64,000 nt of DNA. Source: Octopus sinensis (lineage: Eukaryota). The position numbers and the translations under genes are program-made. Below, one piece after another: positions 61,879-64,000 of the stretch. Numbering within the stretch: position 1 is the stretch's first letter; every line of letters starts with the position of its first letter. The stretch is from the NCBI RefSeq assembly GCF_006345805.1, contig NC_042999.1, forward strand, positions 63,798,001-63,862,000. The letters are read 5' to 3'. The notes under the pieces are model-generated. The model was not told the origin of the DNA and did no database searches. It worked only from the letters and a program-made list of their open reading frames with translations.

Positions 61879-63639
61879 GGTATATTTGTTTGAAAGCATC
61901 AGTTTACCACTTTTATAGCTGTGTACATTTTTCACTAACACACACACAAACAAACACACAGACATGACAGACTTCTGTACAATTTTCATCTGCAGAACCA
62001 TGTTCATAAGAAATTAACCAACTCCAGGCACTTGCCTGAAGGTCTATGCAAAAGAATTGAACTCAGAACCATGTGGCTGTGAAGGTTAACTTTTTATCAT
62101 GCTGCCATACTTGTACCTATAGCCTTCTATACCAAGTAATAACTGGCTGAGACTAGTATACACAAAGAATTTACATCTGTCTATACATAACGATAGCTCA
62201 CAATCTATAGATATATTCTGAAGTACTGTACAGCTTTATAACATTGTTAATGAACTAGTATTTTTTAAAATTCAAATTAGTTGTTATGACTCATATATGC
62301 AAATTGGTCTTTCCAATTTAATTAAGCATTTAGAGAAATCTTATAAGCACTATCTTCATAGACACTAGAAACAATCAACAAAGGTTCTTAGTTACTGCTG
62401 AAATCTCAACAAAGGATTGAAACTAGTCTGGTTGATTCCTCTTTTTCTGTTCATGAAGATACTAAATACACCAACAAAATATTTGGTTGGCCTTTTTTGT
62501 CGTTTGTTGACAGTATTGCTGAACCAGTAACTTAGCCATCTCTGCTGTGTCTGGGGTGTTTCCAGAAGCAAGTACCTGACTCCAAGTGCACTTATGACCT
62601 TTCCACTCACAGAAAGGAAAGACAAGTCAATACATTTGCACCAACAATGGAGCTGTAGAGGATGCCAAATAATGGTTAAGTATGACTGCACATATCTATC
62701 TTAGGGTTCCTCCCTACAGATTTTCTGTAGGGGTTTACTTCCCTTAGCCCTTTTAAACTGTTCAGTAAATTAGCTCACAAAGCAGCAGGGGTTTATTATT
62801 TTCATGGGCATGGTTTTTTACAGAGCCAGTTCTACTCTCTTGTCTGTCAAACTTGTATTAGTTTGGTAAAACAAGTACCATAAGCTCAGTAGTTATCAGA
62901 ACACAGGATCTGTATTGAGTTACCCTCTCTTACATGAGCAACTTAAGAACTGAAGAGCCTTGTCTGCCACTAGACCTAGGAATGATATTGACGAAGAGGC
63001 GGTTTCACACTCCTAAAGACCCAGGAACTCCTAAACCAGGGCTCCACTACTGGATGCAGTTGAAAGTTATACCCAGAACAAGGTGTTTGCCTCTGACTAT
63101 ACAATGGCTAAAGATCTATAGACGAAATTTGTAGTACAGTGCCAAATGTTTTTGGTAGACAGAAACAGGCTAGAAGCCAGTCATGTGTATACATGTGTGT
63201 GTGTGTGTGTACTACCATTGCTTAACAACTGGCATTGGTTTGTTTATATCCCTGCAAGTGCAGCTGAAGAGACCAATGAAATACAGGCTTAATAAGTACT
63301 GGAGTTGATTTGTTAGACTAAATCCATCAAGGCAGATCCCAGCATGGCCACAGTCCAATGACTGAAGCAAGTAAAAGATAAAAGAGTTGGCCATCACTGT
63401 CTACATACATGTACTCATGCTGGAGCTTTCTCAGAAAAAACCAAATAGACTTGCATTCTTCAAATTCAACTGATTAATGGTACATTGAAGATTTGTAAAA
63501 CATTCAAAAGATTCTTAATTTAAGTTCTCAGAATGAACAAATTCACACAACTGGCATGGTGATGATGGCATATGACTATAGAGGACATGTGAAGGCCTCA
63601 AAGAAATGAAACCAGCATGCTCCAGTGGATGGTTATTGT

Positions 63640-63960
63640 CAGTATGCATGTATGACAGAGTGTAAATGATTTAAGCAAAAGTTATGTATAAGTGGCATTA
63701 GATGTGCGCAAGAGAGAGGACTGTGCTGATATGGTCATGTGATGCATATGGATGAGGACAGCTGCAACAAAAAGTGCTGAAGTATAATTGTGGAGGGAAC
63801 ATACGGAAGAGGTAGACCCAGGAAGATGTGGGATGAAGTGGTGAGAAAAGATCTTCAGACTTTGGGCCTCAGAGGAGATGACAAATGACTAAGACTTCTG
63901 GCGGTTTGCTGTGTTTGAAAAGATACGTCAGGCTAAGTAAAATTGAGGCCGTCCGTGCAC
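63640..63960 (+). mobile_element. Decayed RTE 3' ORF fragment
   Basis: ggaagaggtagacccaggaagatgtgggatgaagtggtgag matches the GRGRPRKTWDEVV region of the full ORF. Confidence 0.75.
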
Positions 63961-64000
63961 ACAGGCATATCTTCTACATCCCTCTCTCAGCTAGATCCTA

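Noticed and set aside
54354-64000. Upstream ARL8 exons (WDIGGQPRFRSMWERY etc.)
   Set aside because: Not found on the - strand by eye; presumably beyond the window end.

Overview
AT-rich, repeat-dense animal genomic DNA with spliceosomal introns. The SINE/LINE families look like those of Octopus (inference from pattern recognition, no database search). Three spliced host genes, mostly invisible to the ORF track, were assembled by eye with consistent GT-AG boundaries and phases. (1) The last 10 coding exons of an ICE1 (little elongation complex subunit 1)-like gene, + strand, 1085-25966. (2) A complete 3-exon MED11, + strand, 32495-44389. (3) The last 3 exons of ARL8, - strand, 48282-54353; I could not find its upstream exons in the window. 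An RTE-clade LINE with an uninterrupted 1040-aa ORF (APE endonuclease, RT and an unusual internal PHD-type finger) lies in sense orientation in an ICE1 intron. Its long modular 3' UTR, ending in a palindrome and a (GAT)n tail, matches about 20 dispersed 5'-truncated repeats in the window. Other elements: two tRNA-derived SINE families, four Helitron-like non-autonomous elements, and mariner, piggyBac, CR1 and Penelope-like relics, plus many microsatellites. The most notable structures are a 701-bp near-perfect palindrome in MED11 intron 1, apparently produced by template switching at a Helitron-like hairpin, and a minimal variant hammerhead-like motif at about 56.6 kb.
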